Shown here one piece after another: positions 1 through 9,471 of a stretch of 58,306 nucleotides of DNA. The stretch lies in the IMG/VR virus record IMGVR_UViG_3300005805_000003, positions 1 to 58,306 of that record, one strand, 5' to 3'. Every line of letters begins with the position of its first letter. The first letter of the stretch is position 1. A model generated the notes under the pieces. It did no database searches. It had not been told where the DNA came from and was given only the letters and a program-made list of their open reading frames with translations. Both the position numbers and the translations under genes were made by a program. Source of the stretch: a virus (taxonomy: Duplodnaviria; Caudoviricetes).

Positions 1-99
1 CCCGGCATAGCATTTACCATGTCTTTTTCCTTTGGAAGTTAAAAGCCACACGGGGCTGCGCGCCGGGTAAGGTCGCGAGAATACTTAAAATTATCAACG
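1..99. repeat. Terminal overlap copy 1 (identical to 58208-58306); contig circularises
   Basis: cccggcatag...ttatcaacg is identical at both ends over 99 bp. Confidence 0.97.
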
Positions 100-118
100 A
101 AGATGCCTTCATTGTCCA
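90..118 (-). promoter_or_regulatory. Candidate sigma70 promoter for the ejection-protein genes (reads across the circular junction)
   Basis: Minus strand TGGACA-17 bp-GATAAT in the intergenic gap upstream of the 58227 start. Confidence 0.4.
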
Positions 119-121
119 CTC

Positions 122-454
122 TTACGACCGATCAGTCTCTAAATAGGACAGCACGAACGTCACAGTCGCCACGCTTGATAGCACCTTAAGCACGTCTGTA
201 GCTTCTAAGATACAGGGAACGCCGCTGAAGACGTCCATCGTCTGATTCGTGGGCAGCTGATAGGTCTTCAGGAGCCGGTGTGCCGTAGCACCTCCAGCCG
301 GGTACAGATTGACCGAAATCGCCGCAACTGCGGCGTTACCGTTGGTCACCCGCAGCGATGACAGCACTGCCGTGTTGGCCGCCGGCACCGTGTAAATGAT
401 CGTTTCTGTCGTCGCGTCAGGTATTAGCGGTTTTCTCAGGTACTTGTTTGACAT
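122..454 (-). CDS. Small beta-rich virion structural protein
   Basis: 110 aa; YTVP...LRVTN pattern similar to ORF 14620-15006; located in tail module. Confidence 0.55.
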   Translation of the reverse strand: MSNKYLRKPLIPDATTETIIYTVPAANTAVLSSLRVTNGNAAVAAISVNLYPAGGATAHRLLKTYQLPTNQTMDVFSGVPCILEATDVLKVLSSVATVTFVLSYLETDRS

Positions 455-459
455 GCTGA

Positions 460-1170
460 TTACCCGGCTGACACAAAGTTGATGGTAAAGATCACAGACG
501 GTATTTCAGGTCGCGTAGGGCTAGTGCCCGCAGCGTAGTGCTCAATGTACACGTCAATATTGTCCGACCACCACGCGATCTCCAGATAGTTCACAGCAGG
601 GTCGGTGACGGTGAATATGCCCGTGATTGCCGGCACCACATGCGCCCAGATGGTCGCACTCTTGCGCGCGGGTATATCAAATCTGGTATTACTTAGGGGG
701 TAGTTGACACCCGTGTCCTTCGCCCAAATCTCAAACTCGGCTGCCGTATTGCTGCGGTTTGTCATCTGCAGGGTAAAGGTCACCAAATACTGTCCGCTGC
801 AGGGAACAAATATCTTGGTGTTGTCCACCACTCGGATGCCGTTGGTTAACGCGACTGTGTTGAAAGTGAGCAGGTTCTCGCTGGTGATCCCGTCACTTTC
901 CTGATCAACGTCCGACAGTAGCATTGCGTGCGGCTGCATCATGCCGTTGGAGATCTGGAACCCGCGTATTCCACCAGCAAACCCGCCTCCCGCTCCGCTG
1001 CCCGCGCTCATCCACGTTGAGGCACCGGCAATGTTCTCGCCGGTAACGGGGGTGTAGGTCGTGTTCAGCTGCAGGACAATCTGCTCAAGCGAGCGCACCA
1101 GCTGGTTAAACTGCTCCGGCGTGTACTCTGCCGACGCGTTGGGTAGACGGACGTTGTTAATCTTGCTCAT
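460..1170 (-). CDS. Putative tail needle/spike-like virion protein
   Basis: N-terminal LP.A..EY...FNQLVRSLE helix, then beta-sandwich (C1q-like GxYxVTF); follows the tail nozzle gene. Confidence 0.5.
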   Translation of the reverse strand: MSKINNVRLPNASAEYTPEQFNQLVRSLEQIVLQLNTTYTPVTGENIAGASTWMSAGSGAGGGFAGGIRGFQISNGMMQPHAMLLSDVDQESDGITSENLLTFNTVALTNGIRVVDNTKIFVPCSGQYLVTFTLQMTNRSNTAAEFEIWAKDTGVNYPLSNTRFDIPARKSATIWAHVVPAITGIFTVTDPAVNYLEIAWWSDNIDVYIEHYAAGTSPTRPEIPSVIFTINFVSAG

Positions 1171-3032
1171 CGCAGACCATCCGGCTGCAAGTCAACACGC
1201 AGCGTACCGTAGCGCCACCTTGCGCCGAGCGAGTTGTTCTCGATGCTAATTTGTATCTGCCGGCCACGCGCTCGGGTGTCTACCTTCTGCGTTGTGGGCG
1301 AAATGATGTACGGATCAAGCGAGCTGGGACTCGCAGTTGCTTGCGGGAATGCACGCAGCAACAGTCGCACCGTTAAGTCGCCCACCTGATCCTTGAAGTC
1401 TGGGATAAAGCGCGACATCAGCAGCATGTTGTCGCCATCACCAATGTCAAAGTAGCCAGAGGTCAGCAGTGACTCCAGCGGCAGATTCACGTCGTCTGTG
1501 CCCGTCTCATGCTGATAGATCAGCGCTCTGCCAGCGGTCAGACCGTAGATCGTGCTGATGGTGGCGTCGGTTGCGTTAGGCTCGTATTTGGCGCCCAGCG
1601 GCTTGGGATAGGCGCTCAGATCCACCCACGACGTTCGTGCCATCGTGCCGATCGCCCATGTGTTTTCGAGGTAATTGTACGTGACGCATCGGTCGATAAA
1701 GTCGCTGGTGATCGAGCAGTACCACCACGTCACCTCGTTAAACTGGCTGTTCAGACCAACATGTACCTTGGTCTTTTGCACCTGATTCAGGTCTTTAAAG
1801 ACGAAATCTTGAACCGTACAGGGAAGCTTTTTGACTGTACCGTCGAAAAGGTAGAACGCCTCGGTGCCCATCCAGAAGGCAAGCCCGTTCACGTCCACCG
1901 CCGCGTGAGGACCGATACAACCGCAGTTGGCGCCGAGCTGCTGGAACCCGAAGGTAAAGGGTGGCCCAATGAACTGCTGCCCGTGAAGCGCCGTGTCGGT
2001 AAAGATCAGGATCTGACCACGTGAGCGGATGGCCGAAACTATGCGGTTACCGTCCGTGAGCCGTTGGCCGCCAGCCGTGTTGGTTGCGCTCTCAACAAAC
2101 TGAGTGATGTCCTCCTGATTGCTGAACCGCACAAACATCGGATCTTGCGTTGAAGGACTGCCAATCGTGGTCTCAGTGCCAAAGCAGACAAGATGCCTGT
2201 CGGGTGTGGACACCAGAGCATAGGTGCTCTTGGTAGGGGCACCGGAGAGCACTGCTGCACGGGTCGCGGCACCGGCACTTAAGTCCCATAAGAATGTTTG
2301 GCCGTTAACTAGCTGACAGATGGCGTCTTCGCCAAAGTTATCGAACTGCCAGACGCGAGAGCTCAGTGCCACGCCTGTGCCAGCGGCTCGCGGTGTGCCC
2401 CATGTACTCAAGCCCCATGTTCCAACGCCCCAACCGAAGTCGAAGAAGTCTACATCAGAGCCAATGTTGATCTGATAGGCGCCCACGACACTCGCACCGC
2501 CGCTACCCGAGTCCGAGGAGTTGGCCGCCACAGGCGCAGTGACCGTGTAGCTGTTTGCGTTGACGACGGTTGTTACTTCGTATTGCGCGTTGAGGATGGT
2601 AGCAGTGATATTGCCGCCAAGACTGGTAGCGCCGGAGAATGTTACGAAATCACCCACGATTGCGCCGTGGCTACTGTCGGAGACGGTGAGCGTAGCCGAG
2701 CCGGTAACGGCGGTAAAGGTCACTGCGCCAGCGGCTGTGGTTTCACGGATCGGGGTAATGTCGCTCCACGCGCCATTGGCGGAGACGTACAGCTTACGGT
2801 TGGTGCCCACGATGACGTGAGGAATACCTGTGAGGCTGGTCCAAGTAAACACTTCACTGACCATGCCCACCAGATAGACTTCGTTACCTTCAAAGTTAAT
2901 CCAGCCGCCTATTTTTTCGGGCAAGCCGTATCTGAACCGCACGTTATCGCAGTTCGTCCAGCCGCCCTCAGCACCGTATTCGGTGTTCTGCTTATCGATG
3001 CCGGGGGCTAGATTAAGTCGAAAGTACGCCAT
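1167..3032 (-). CDS. Tail nozzle / packaged-DNA stabilisation protein (P22 gp10-like)
   Basis: 621 aa; GGW..CDNVRFR..PEKIGGW start, beta-propeller-like body, RARGRQ...WRYG..R.D..PDG.R end. Confidence 0.75.
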   Translation of the reverse strand: MAYFRLNLAPGIDKQNTEYGAEGGWTNCDNVRFRYGLPEKIGGWINFEGNEVYLVGMVSEVFTWTSLTGIPHVIVGTNRKLYVSANGAWSDITPIRETTAAGAVTFTAVTGSATLTVSDSSHGAIVGDFVTFSGATSLGGNITATILNAQYEVTTVVNANSYTVTAPVAANSSDSGSGGASVVGAYQINIGSDVDFFDFGWGVGTWGLSTWGTPRAAGTGVALSSRVWQFDNFGEDAICQLVNGQTFLWDLSAGAATRAAVLSGAPTKSTYALVSTPDRHLVCFGTETTIGSPSTQDPMFVRFSNQEDITQFVESATNTAGGQRLTDGNRIVSAIRSRGQILIFTDTALHGQQFIGPPFTFGFQQLGANCGCIGPHAAVDVNGLAFWMGTEAFYLFDGTVKKLPCTVQDFVFKDLNQVQKTKVHVGLNSQFNEVTWWYCSITSDFIDRCVTYNYLENTWAIGTMARTSWVDLSAYPKPLGAKYEPNATDATISTIYGLTAGRALIYQHETGTDDVNLPLESLLTSGYFDIGDGDNMLLMSRFIPDFKDQVGDLTVRLLLRAFPQATASPSSLDPYIISPTTQKVDTRARGRQIQISIENNSLGARWRYGTLRVDLQPDGLR

Positions 3033-3041
3033 CTAAGCCCT

Positions 3042-3470
3042 TTATTTCATCATAGCGGGACGAACACCACGTATCGCTGCCCCTGCTCCACGTACCTTGT
3101 TCTTAGCAGGACCGGCATCTTCGTTCGACATTCTAGCGCCACTAGCGCCAGTTTTCTTAGCTTCGCCGCCCAATCTCATTTTGCCTACGCCGTCTGCGGC
3201 GAAGGATGGGACTTTCTTGCCGTCTTTCATCACCATCTTCATTTCGCCGCCATCTTTCATGCCGCCTGCTGCGCCGCCTTTTTTCATGCCCCGCATATCA
3301 GAATCTTTCATCATGGTGCCGTCGGGCATCTTGTGCATGCCTTTACTAGCCTCGCCGCCTGCTTTCATACCACCCGCTACGCCACCTTTTTTCATGCCGC
3401 CAGCTACGCCACCCTTTTTCATGCCGCCTGCTGCCATACCTTTAGCTTTCATCATTTTCGCTCTCCGCAT
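3042..3470 (-). CDS. Basic low-complexity protein with repeated MxxGG units (probable internal core protein)
   Basis: MAAGG, MKKGG x3, MKAGG, MKDGG, MRLGG; C-terminal RGAGAAIRG. Confidence 0.65.
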   Translation of the reverse strand: MRRAKMMKAKGMAAGGMKKGGVAGGMKKGGVAGGMKAGGEASKGMHKMPDGTMMKDSDMRGMKKGGAAGGMKDGGEMKMVMKDGKKVPSFAADGVGKMRLGGEAKKTGASGARMSNEDAGPAKNKVRGAGAAIRGVRPAMMK

Positions 3471-4125
3471 ACAAGTTGTTAAAAGTAACTGCTGGGTCTA
3501 GATAGCTATCGTCTTGCTCAGCACAGTGTATCCACTGCGAAGGTTTAAAGTCCGGTGCGCCTTCGCCCGTTACCCAGTAAGCTGGGCTTGTGACGCGGAC
3601 TCTGTTGTTGGGTAAGGCTACAATATTACCCGTCCATTTGCCAGCGTCCGTGAGGATCAGGACATGGGTCTGCTTGTGCTGTGCAGGGTCTTCGGACACC
3701 TCGCTCTCAGCGTAGTCAACCGTGAATAAGTATCTGCCCTTGTAGAACTCGTTGTTGATCTTGCACAGCCACTGTGATGGTTTAGCCCGGTCAATGGAGA
3801 TAATGCTGTGGTGGTACGAACTACAGTCCCACGGCTGCACAAAGTGCGTCTCCATCCGTTCAGGCCACTCTTCCAGCGGTATATCTCCCACCAAAGCAGT
3901 AATCGGCATTCTTGCCCACATCGCGCCGCCGTGCACATTCGGCTGGCTGCCCTCGTCTGCTTCGCACCCGGTAAAGATCAGTTGGAACGACAGACACCGA
4001 TCAGGCATCGTGGTGACCGCCACCGCCAGCGCGTGAACATACTCGCCATGATAGTTCTGGTGACCGTTGGTAAACTCTTTTCGTACCCAGCACTTAAAAT
4101 AAGGTATATTGCTTATAAGATACAT
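3442..4125 (-). CDS. Conserved phage hypothetical protein
   Basis: 227 aa globular ORF (QPWDC, YLFTVDY, HKQTH, PNNRV motifs) in the late operon. Confidence 0.7.
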   Translation of the reverse strand: MYLISNIPYFKCWVRKEFTNGHQNYHGEYVHALAVAVTTMPDRCLSFQLIFTGCEADEGSQPNVHGGAMWARMPITALVGDIPLEEWPERMETHFVQPWDCSSYHHSIISIDRAKPSQWLCKINNEFYKGRYLFTVDYAESEVSEDPAQHKQTHVLILTDAGKWTGNIVALPNNRVRVTSPAYWVTGEGAPDFKPSQWIHCAEQDDSYLDPAVTFNNLYAESENDES

Positions 4126-4611
4126 CTAGCCCCCGGCCAAAAATAGCGCTCGTTCAGCCTCTCTGCGCCGTTCCAACCCTCGTAGCACTTTACCGCCAGC
4201 CTTGTTCCATTTCAAGAACTCGTCCGCTGCGCCCTCGTAGTCCTCACGATTGTACTTCATTCTTAGGGTACTTGACTGCAAATTGCCTAATCCCACGTTG
4301 AAAGCAAAGCTAACAATTGCGTCCAAGTGGCACTGACTATTAGAAGTAGCAGGACATAGTCGTAGTACCCCAGCCTCAAAGCGTTGTAAATCCGCCTCAA
4401 GAAGCGCGTCAATTTCATCACCGGAAAATGTCCTGTTATGCTCAGTTCTCAGTGGGTAGCTGGCTCTCTCACCTGTTTTAAGTCGCGCTTGGTCTGGATA
4501 CAGCACACGACCGTAGCCAATCGTCCACAGCGTCGCGGGGCATTTATAAGGGCTGTTGTGACAACCCTCAAAGGATTTGATCAACTGAATACCCGCTTCG
4601 GATACGCTCAT
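4126..4611 (-). CDS. Endolysin, GH24 (phage lysozyme) family
   Basis: IKSFEG...YKCPA..WTIGYG, SFAFNVGLGN, W.KAGGKVL.GL.RRR.AE; ATG at 4611 overlaps the holin stop. Confidence 0.93.
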   Translation of the reverse strand: MSVSEAGIQLIKSFEGCHNSPYKCPATLWTIGYGRVLYPDQARLKTGERASYPLRTEHNRTFSGDEIDALLEADLQRFEAGVLRLCPATSNSQCHLDAIVSFAFNVGLGNLQSSTLRMKYNREDYEGAADEFLKWNKAGGKVLRGLERRREAERALFLAGG

Positions 4612-5093
4612 TTCTTCTGGAAAGCCTGCGAACCAAACCAAAAACTGATGATGGCAGCAAGAATCGCCATCTCGTCATCGCTGAAAACCATCTCCATTGC
4701 GACAGCAAACGCGACACCCGTGCTGTACGCGTACCAGATTCCGGCTACGTCAACGACGATTAAGAGACCCACAAACAGGTAGGTGACCACTGGCCGCACG
4801 CTGGCACGAAGGTTAATAACCCACGTTGACGCACCCTCACCGATCTTCATGTCGTGCTTCCACATCGCCAACTTCTCTTGGGCTTGTGTCTGCATGGCAA
4901 TCTGCTCGGTCTTAATCTCTTCAACCGCCGCCTGCGCGATAAAGCCTTCTTTTGCCAGTGCCAACTCCCGTTCACGCTGTGCGGCCATCAGTGCCAGTTC
5001 GTGCTTCTTGTCGCCACGGTCTTGTACAAAATCCAGTACCTTTGGCAGGCCACCGGCAGCGAAACCCAACAGACTTGATACTAAACTTAACAT
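4608..5093 (-). CDS. Putative holin (3TM / GTA-holin-like)
   Basis: Hydrophobic N-terminus, coiled coil, RASVRP plus TM, C-terminal IISFWFGS; directly upstream of the endolysin. Confidence 0.75.
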   Translation of the reverse strand: MLSLVSSLLGFAAGGLPKVLDFVQDRGDKKHELALMAAQRERELALAKEGFIAQAAVEEIKTEQIAMQTQAQEKLAMWKHDMKIGEGASTWVINLRASVRPVVTYLFVGLLIVVDVAGIWYAYSTGVAFAVAMEMVFSDDEMAILAAIISFWFGSQAFQKK

Positions 5094-5098
5094 GGTAA

Positions 5099-5575
5099 TT
5101 ACCTCAGATTCTGAATAATGCCGATCACAAATGCGACTAGGATGCCCACCAGCCCCAGCAGGACGGTGACGGTTAAAACATTTTGAATGAGCTTACGCAT
5201 CTTCCTGCGTTGATTCAGTATGGCTCTTTCTCGCGTGTCCTTGATTCTTGCACGGTCGCGCATCATGCTTGTGTATTCCTCAACGCCCCATCTCCAGACA
5301 ATCAACTCACGCAGTTCTTTCTCTTGCTGCTCGATCTTCTTGCGGGCTATCAGGGCCTGCATCGCTTCTTGCTCAACACTGCCGGAGAAGATGAGCTTTT
5401 TGAAAAGCGGTGGGTCTTTGGCCTCTTCTTCCGCGTTCTTGACATCGGACACAGCCTTGAACCACGTACCCAACTGGCCGCCCATGTCCTCCAGCTCTCT
5501 GCCCATTTCGATCCCTTTTTTGAGGACCTTGTAGGCAGACGTAGCTATAGCTAAAGCCGAGACAGGATCGAGCAT
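5099..5575 (-). CDS. Membrane-anchored coiled-coil protein of the lysis region
   Basis: MLDPVSALA start, coiled coil, single C-terminal TM helix. Confidence 0.65.
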   Translation of the reverse strand: MLDPVSALAIATSAYKVLKKGIEMGRELEDMGGQLGTWFKAVSDVKNAEEEAKDPPLFKKLIFSGSVEQEAMQALIARKKIEQQEKELRELIVWRWGVEEYTSMMRDRARIKDTRERAILNQRRKMRKLIQNVLTVTVLLGLVGILVAFVIGIIQNLR

Positions 5576-5587
5576 GGTACACCTCTA

Positions 5588-5830
5588 CTACTTGTCTGCC
5601 TTCTTATCTAACTTACTGAAAACTTTGTCAAAGTTGGCGTTCATTTCTTGGCGCAGCAGGTGCATGTCTTGACGGAATTCCTCGCGACTAAGCAGCCCAG
5701 CCTGTTCCTTCTGTATGGCTTCAATCTTGCGATCCTGCTCTTTGTTGTCCTCGCGTGTGCTCTTGACGAACCAAGCGACCACGCCTCCGGCTACTGCGAT
5801 CAATGCGTCAATAATGGTTGATTCGGGCAT
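5588..5830 (-). CDS. Small membrane protein (N-terminal TM plus coiled coil)
   Basis: 80 aa; N-terminal hydrophobic helix; ends KLDKKADK. Confidence 0.6.
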   Translation of the reverse strand: MPESTIIDALIAVAGGVVAWFVKSTREDNKEQDRKIEAIQKEQAGLLSREEFRQDMHLLRQEMNANFDKVFSKLDKKADK

Positions 5831-5833
5831 GGT

Positions 5834-6031
5834 CTATCTTACTCCTCTGACTCGGTTCCAAACTCGTTCATGACCGTAATACAAAATGGTGTTGGTAACC
5901 ATCTGCACCATTGCAATCGTGCCTGCCGCCGCAAAACTGCCAGAGACAACATAGGATATCAAAAAAGTAGCCGTGCTACCCGTTACTCGCCACGTGATTG
6001 TTTTGATGAGGCTGCGTTTCTTTGTGTCCAC
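5834..6031 (-). CDS. DUF2061-family small membrane protein
   Basis: RSLIKTITWR...LYYGHERVW signature. Confidence 0.85.
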   Translation of the reverse strand: MDTKKRSLIKTITWRVTGSTATFLISYVVSGSFAAAGTIAMVQMVTNTILYYGHERVWNRVRGVR

Positions 6032-6435
6032 AGGTTTGCAATCTCCTTGGCGTGATACGTCATCTGCATCGCAAAGTCATCAATACGGTAATCGTAGTGT
6101 GCAGGCGGCACAAACATAGCGTTGGTATCCGAGTACCTGCCTTGCTTGGTGGTGTTCATCCACACGACAAAGTCTGCACCAAACGCTTCACGGGTCTCCT
6201 CAGTAGGACACACCAGATCAGCAACCACCGTCTGACCCCAGCGGCCAGCAATGTTGCACAGATGCCCCATGCGCCTTGCCTGCTCAATTCTATCTTCAAG
6301 GCTGAACCCTAAGTCCTTGTTGACGTTCTCGCGTATGTCATCAGCGTTGAAATGCACACACCGAAAGTATTCAGCGAGGAACCGAGCAAAGGTTGTCTTG
6401 CCAGAGCCGGGTAAGCCCATCACCAGAATCTTCAT
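5983..6435 (-). CDS. cysC: Adenylylsulfate (APS) kinase-like P-loop kinase, short form
   Basis: GLPGSGKTT, D.IR....DLGFS.EDR.EQ.RR, ADLVCP...R; shorter than the cellular enzyme. Confidence 0.75.
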   Translation of the reverse strand: MKILVMGLPGSGKTTFARFLAEYFRCVHFNADDIRENVNKDLGFSLEDRIEQARRMGHLCNIAGRWGQTVVADLVCPTEETREAFGADFVVWMNTTKQGRYSDTNAMFVPPAHYDYRIDDFAMQMTYHAKEIANLWTQRNAASSKQSRGE

Positions 6436-6436
6436 C

Positions 6437-7147
6437 TTACCAGTCCCCAGACCAATGCTTTAAACCTGACTCTGCATAAAACTTACGCTTTTCCTGCTCC
6501 CAATCTAAGCCTAAGTTCTCGCCCCGATACACGATTGTATTATAGGGTGGCTCTTCTCGAAACGTCTTTATAAACTCACAGCTCTTCATGATGTCTCTGA
6601 GCCTGTCAAAGGCTGCAATGCCTAAATCAGTGTTGAGCATTTCCCCAGTCAGGGTCTGCGTCACCGCGTGCATGTATGTCTGTGGGCCAAGAAAATAAAC
6701 GCTTGTATGTCCCTGACTCATTCGCTCTATGTACATTTGCGCGGCCAAACGATAAGCCGGATTGTGTGGCGCAGTCATCATGAAGTCGTGGGAAAAGTCG
6801 TAGTCGCGGTAGGTGGGTAAGACCCATTTTGTGTTCTCGTCCACCAGATCATTTAGTGGTGTGTCCACAAACCTATCGACATCAATGTACAGTCCACCCT
6901 CTTCATACAGCTTAATTAAGCGCCACAGGTCAGTCTTTTGCACAATGTGCTTGCTGGCAATCAGGGCATACACCTGCGGCTCTAACTGGGTTTTAAGGTA
7001 GTCGTCTACCTCTTGATCGTCGTAGATCGTCACTTCCCAGTCTGGGTTCAGCTCCACTAGACGTTTAATCCCGTGTACAACCAACGGGCTTTTACTGTCT
7101 AACAAGTCTTTAGTCTTCCAAGAAAGGTGTACCTTCTTGGGTATCAT
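6437..7147 (-). CDS. Glycosyltransferase, GT32/OCH1-like (DXD sugar-binding)
   Basis: MIPKKVH.SW, LNPDW, TDLWR..LY.EGGLYIDVD, GP motif. Confidence 0.85.
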   Translation of the reverse strand: MIPKKVHLSWKTKDLLDSKSPLVVHGIKRLVELNPDWEVTIYDDQEVDDYLKTQLEPQVYALIASKHIVQKTDLWRLIKLYEEGGLYIDVDRFVDTPLNDLVDENTKWVLPTYRDYDFSHDFMMTAPHNPAYRLAAQMYIERMSQGHTSVYFLGPQTYMHAVTQTLTGEMLNTDLGIAAFDRLRDIMKSCEFIKTFREEPPYNTIVYRGENLGLDWEQEKRKFYAESGLKHWSGDW

Positions 7148-7839
7148 ACCACCAGCCCATCGTTGCGCTTGGTTGCCCTGCCCTCTAACGCCCTGCCCTT
7201 GATCGTTGTTTCTTCTCGGCTCTCATACACGTTGTATGCGTAGACACCCATCTGGTGGATGGGGAAGAGGTCAGCACGAATCAGCATATCAAGGGAGGTG
7301 CAGATGCCCATCTTCATCACATAGGCCAGCAGGTTCTTCGCCACAGCAGGATCAATCGCATACGCATGAGCGCGGCACAGGAAGTGATAGTTCTCACCCT
7401 CAGTCGCGTGAGGTGGCGTAGCGGACACTTGCCAGCCAAGTTTCACCTGTTCGTGCGAGCCTAGATAACAAATTGAGTTAAACACCGCGTGTTGCGTGTA
7501 AGGTTTAGCCATCAGCGCGTCATGCTCAAGGATAACCAGCGGCTTGTCCTCAAGTACGCATTTTGCCCACAAGCTTATGTGGCTCAATGCACAGGCTACT
7601 TCACCACGGGTCAGGTAGTGATCAGTGACCTTGATGCAGTCCATGATGACGTTGTGGTGATTGGGTTCTTTGATGCCCTCACCCGTACCGTCATAGGCAT
7701 CCCAGAACTCGTAGGGCTGATTCGCTCTCTCGCACGACATAGCACACCGCTTGGCCTTTTCTTCAGAGGCAGCGTTGCCCACAACACGAATGATGTAGGC
7801 TTTTGATGGTGTCATGTCATACGAGAAGTTCAGTCTCAC
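7144..7839 (-). CDS. Glycosyltransferase family 25
   Basis: DAYDG, GEVACALSH..LW, ILEHDA, AHAYAIDP..AK.L. Confidence 0.85.
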   Translation of the reverse strand: MRLNFSYDMTPSKAYIIRVVGNAASEEKAKRCAMSCERANQPYEFWDAYDGTGEGIKEPNHHNVIMDCIKVTDHYLTRGEVACALSHISLWAKCVLEDKPLVILEHDALMAKPYTQHAVFNSICYLGSHEQVKLGWQVSATPPHATEGENYHFLCRAHAYAIDPAVAKNLLAYVMKMGICTSLDMLIRADLFPIHQMGVYAYNVYESREETTIKGRALEGRATKRNDGLVV

Positions 7840-8234
7840 AGCGCATCAAGCTCGTCATGCGTAGTGGCTGCGTTGATTGCAGTCACTTTGGTCTCAAAGG
7901 CAATGCGAGCAGCGTCAACCGTAGCAGCGTTGTATTGAGTTTCTGGGAACTCATCCACTTCCTTACGCATCTCTTCCTGCACAACCTGCTGAAACGCAGC
8001 AGCAGCCTGTGAGCGCATTCCACCCTTACGGTCTTCAGCAGTGATGTCAACCACGCCCCAGACGATCTCTACGGGGTCTTTGGTGATGTCAAAGGTGTGA
8101 GCTGTGTACTGCTGACGGTTTGGTGTCAGAGCAGGGCGTACTTCGATGGCTGACTTCCAGCCTGACTCACCACGCGGAGGCTGAGTGTCCCAGCACTGGG
8201 TTACTTCGTTGTTTTCAATTTTTACAAAGAACAT
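7836..8234 (-). CDS. Putative tail-fibre assembly/chaperone-like protein
   Basis: 132 aa; C-terminal I.AATT.DEL.AL; follows a receptor-binding gene. Confidence 0.45.
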   Translation of the reverse strand: MFFVKIENNEVTQCWDTQPPRGESGWKSAIEVRPALTPNRQQYTAHTFDITKDPVEIVWGVVDITAEDRKGGMRSQAAAAFQQVVQEEMRKEVDEFPETQYNAATVDAARIAFETKVTAINAATTHDELDAL

Positions 8235-8247
8235 TTTGTATCTCCTA

Positions 8248-9471
8248 TTAACCTTTGGTTATGGCTAGTGAATGATTTTGACCTGCCGATACTTTTAACC
8301 AATCGGACACCGAACCGATTTGTACAGGACTAGAACGAGAGATGGTGTTGTTTTCTCCGAGTTCCCCCAAGTTGTTACCTCCACATGCCCATAACGTATT
8401 GTCCGTTTTTATAGCTACAACATGATCGTTTCCAGCAGCGGGAATAGCCCAATTAGTTAAAGAGCCTACTTGAGTAGGGCTGGAGACATTTGCAGTGTTA
8501 TTAAAACCCAGTTGTCCTCCATTGTTTCTCCCCCAAGCCCAGAAAGTATTGTCCGTTTTAATTGCAACAATTGTGGAAAAATTGCCAACAGAAAGTTTTA
8601 ACCAATTAGTTAAAGCACCAACTTGAACAGGGCTGGAACGCGCAATGGTGTCGTTTTGACCAAGCTGACCTTGTGCGTTGTCCCCCCACGCCCATAAAGT
8701 GCCGTTCGTTTTTACAGCTACAACAGCATTATTCGAGGCATAAGCTTTTGACCAACCAGTTAACGCCCCAACCTGAACGGGGGATGAGCGACTAACGGTG
8801 TCATTTTGCCCAAGCTGACCAGAGTTGTTTCTTCCCCATGCCCAAAGAGTACCGTCCGTTTTAACGGCAACACTACAACCGTTACCCGAAACTTGCGCCC
8901 AATTAGTTAAAGAACCCACTTGTACTGGGCTGGATCGGTTGTTGCCCGTAGAATCCCCAAGGCCAAGTATTCCGTAGAAATTATTACCCCACGCCCAGAG
9001 AGTGCCATTTGTTTTGATGGCTAAAGCACTAGCTGACGTAGCAGCAATTTTTGTCCACTCGGTAAGAGCGCCTATCTGTACAGGGCTAGAACTGTTAATT
9101 GTGTTGTTCTGACCAAGTTGCCCGCTACTGTTGTATCCCCACGCCCATAAAGTGCCGTCAATTTTAACAGCAAGGCTATGGTTACCTCCACCTGCAATAT
9201 TTGACCAACTAGTTAACGCCCCAACCTGCGTTGGGCTAGAACGATTAGTTGCATATCCTGCGGGGCTGATACCGAGTTGACCGTAATTGTTTTTTCCCCA
9301 CGCATACAACTCCCCCGCTATCAGGGGCTTCGGCCACAAGTTCTGTTTTTGCAATTCCAGCGCCTGAGTCAGAGTCCAGATACCCGGCGCAGAGCCGCCC
9401 TCACCATCGACAGGGCCGACAGTGACAGGAGCCGTTTTACTGATTATGCCGCCGGGATACTTTTGACTCAC
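8248..9471 (-). CDS. RCC1-repeat beta-propeller protein 3 (putative receptor-binding/appendage protein)
   Basis: About seven 50-aa repeats GTLWAWG.N..GQLG.N.T..RSSPVQVG.LT.W; N-terminal YPGG...GIWTL..WP. Confidence 0.85.
   Translation of the reverse strand: MSQKYPGGIISKTAPVTVGPVDGEGGSAPGIWTLTQALELQKQNLWPKPLIAGELYAWGKNNYGQLGISPAGYATNRSSPTQVGALTSWSNIAGGGNHSLAVKIDGTLWAWGYNSSGQLGQNNTINSSSPVQIGALTEWTKIAATSASALAIKTNGTLWAWGNNFYGILGLGDSTGNNRSSPVQVGSLTNWAQVSGNGCSVAVKTDGTLWAWGRNNSGQLGQNDTVSRSSPVQVGALTGWSKAYASNNAVVAVKTNGTLWAWGDNAQGQLGQNDTIARSSPVQVGALTNWLKLSVGNFSTIVAIKTDNTFWAWGRNNGGQLGFNNTANVSSPTQVGSLTNWAIPAAGNDHVVAIKTDNTLWACGGNNLGELGENNTISRSSPVQIGSVSDWLKVSAGQNHSLAITKG

Noticed and set aside
1-99. Biological direct terminal repeat
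   Set aside because: It is exactly 99 bp (a common assembler k) and cuts through a gene start, so it is best read as a circular assembly overlap
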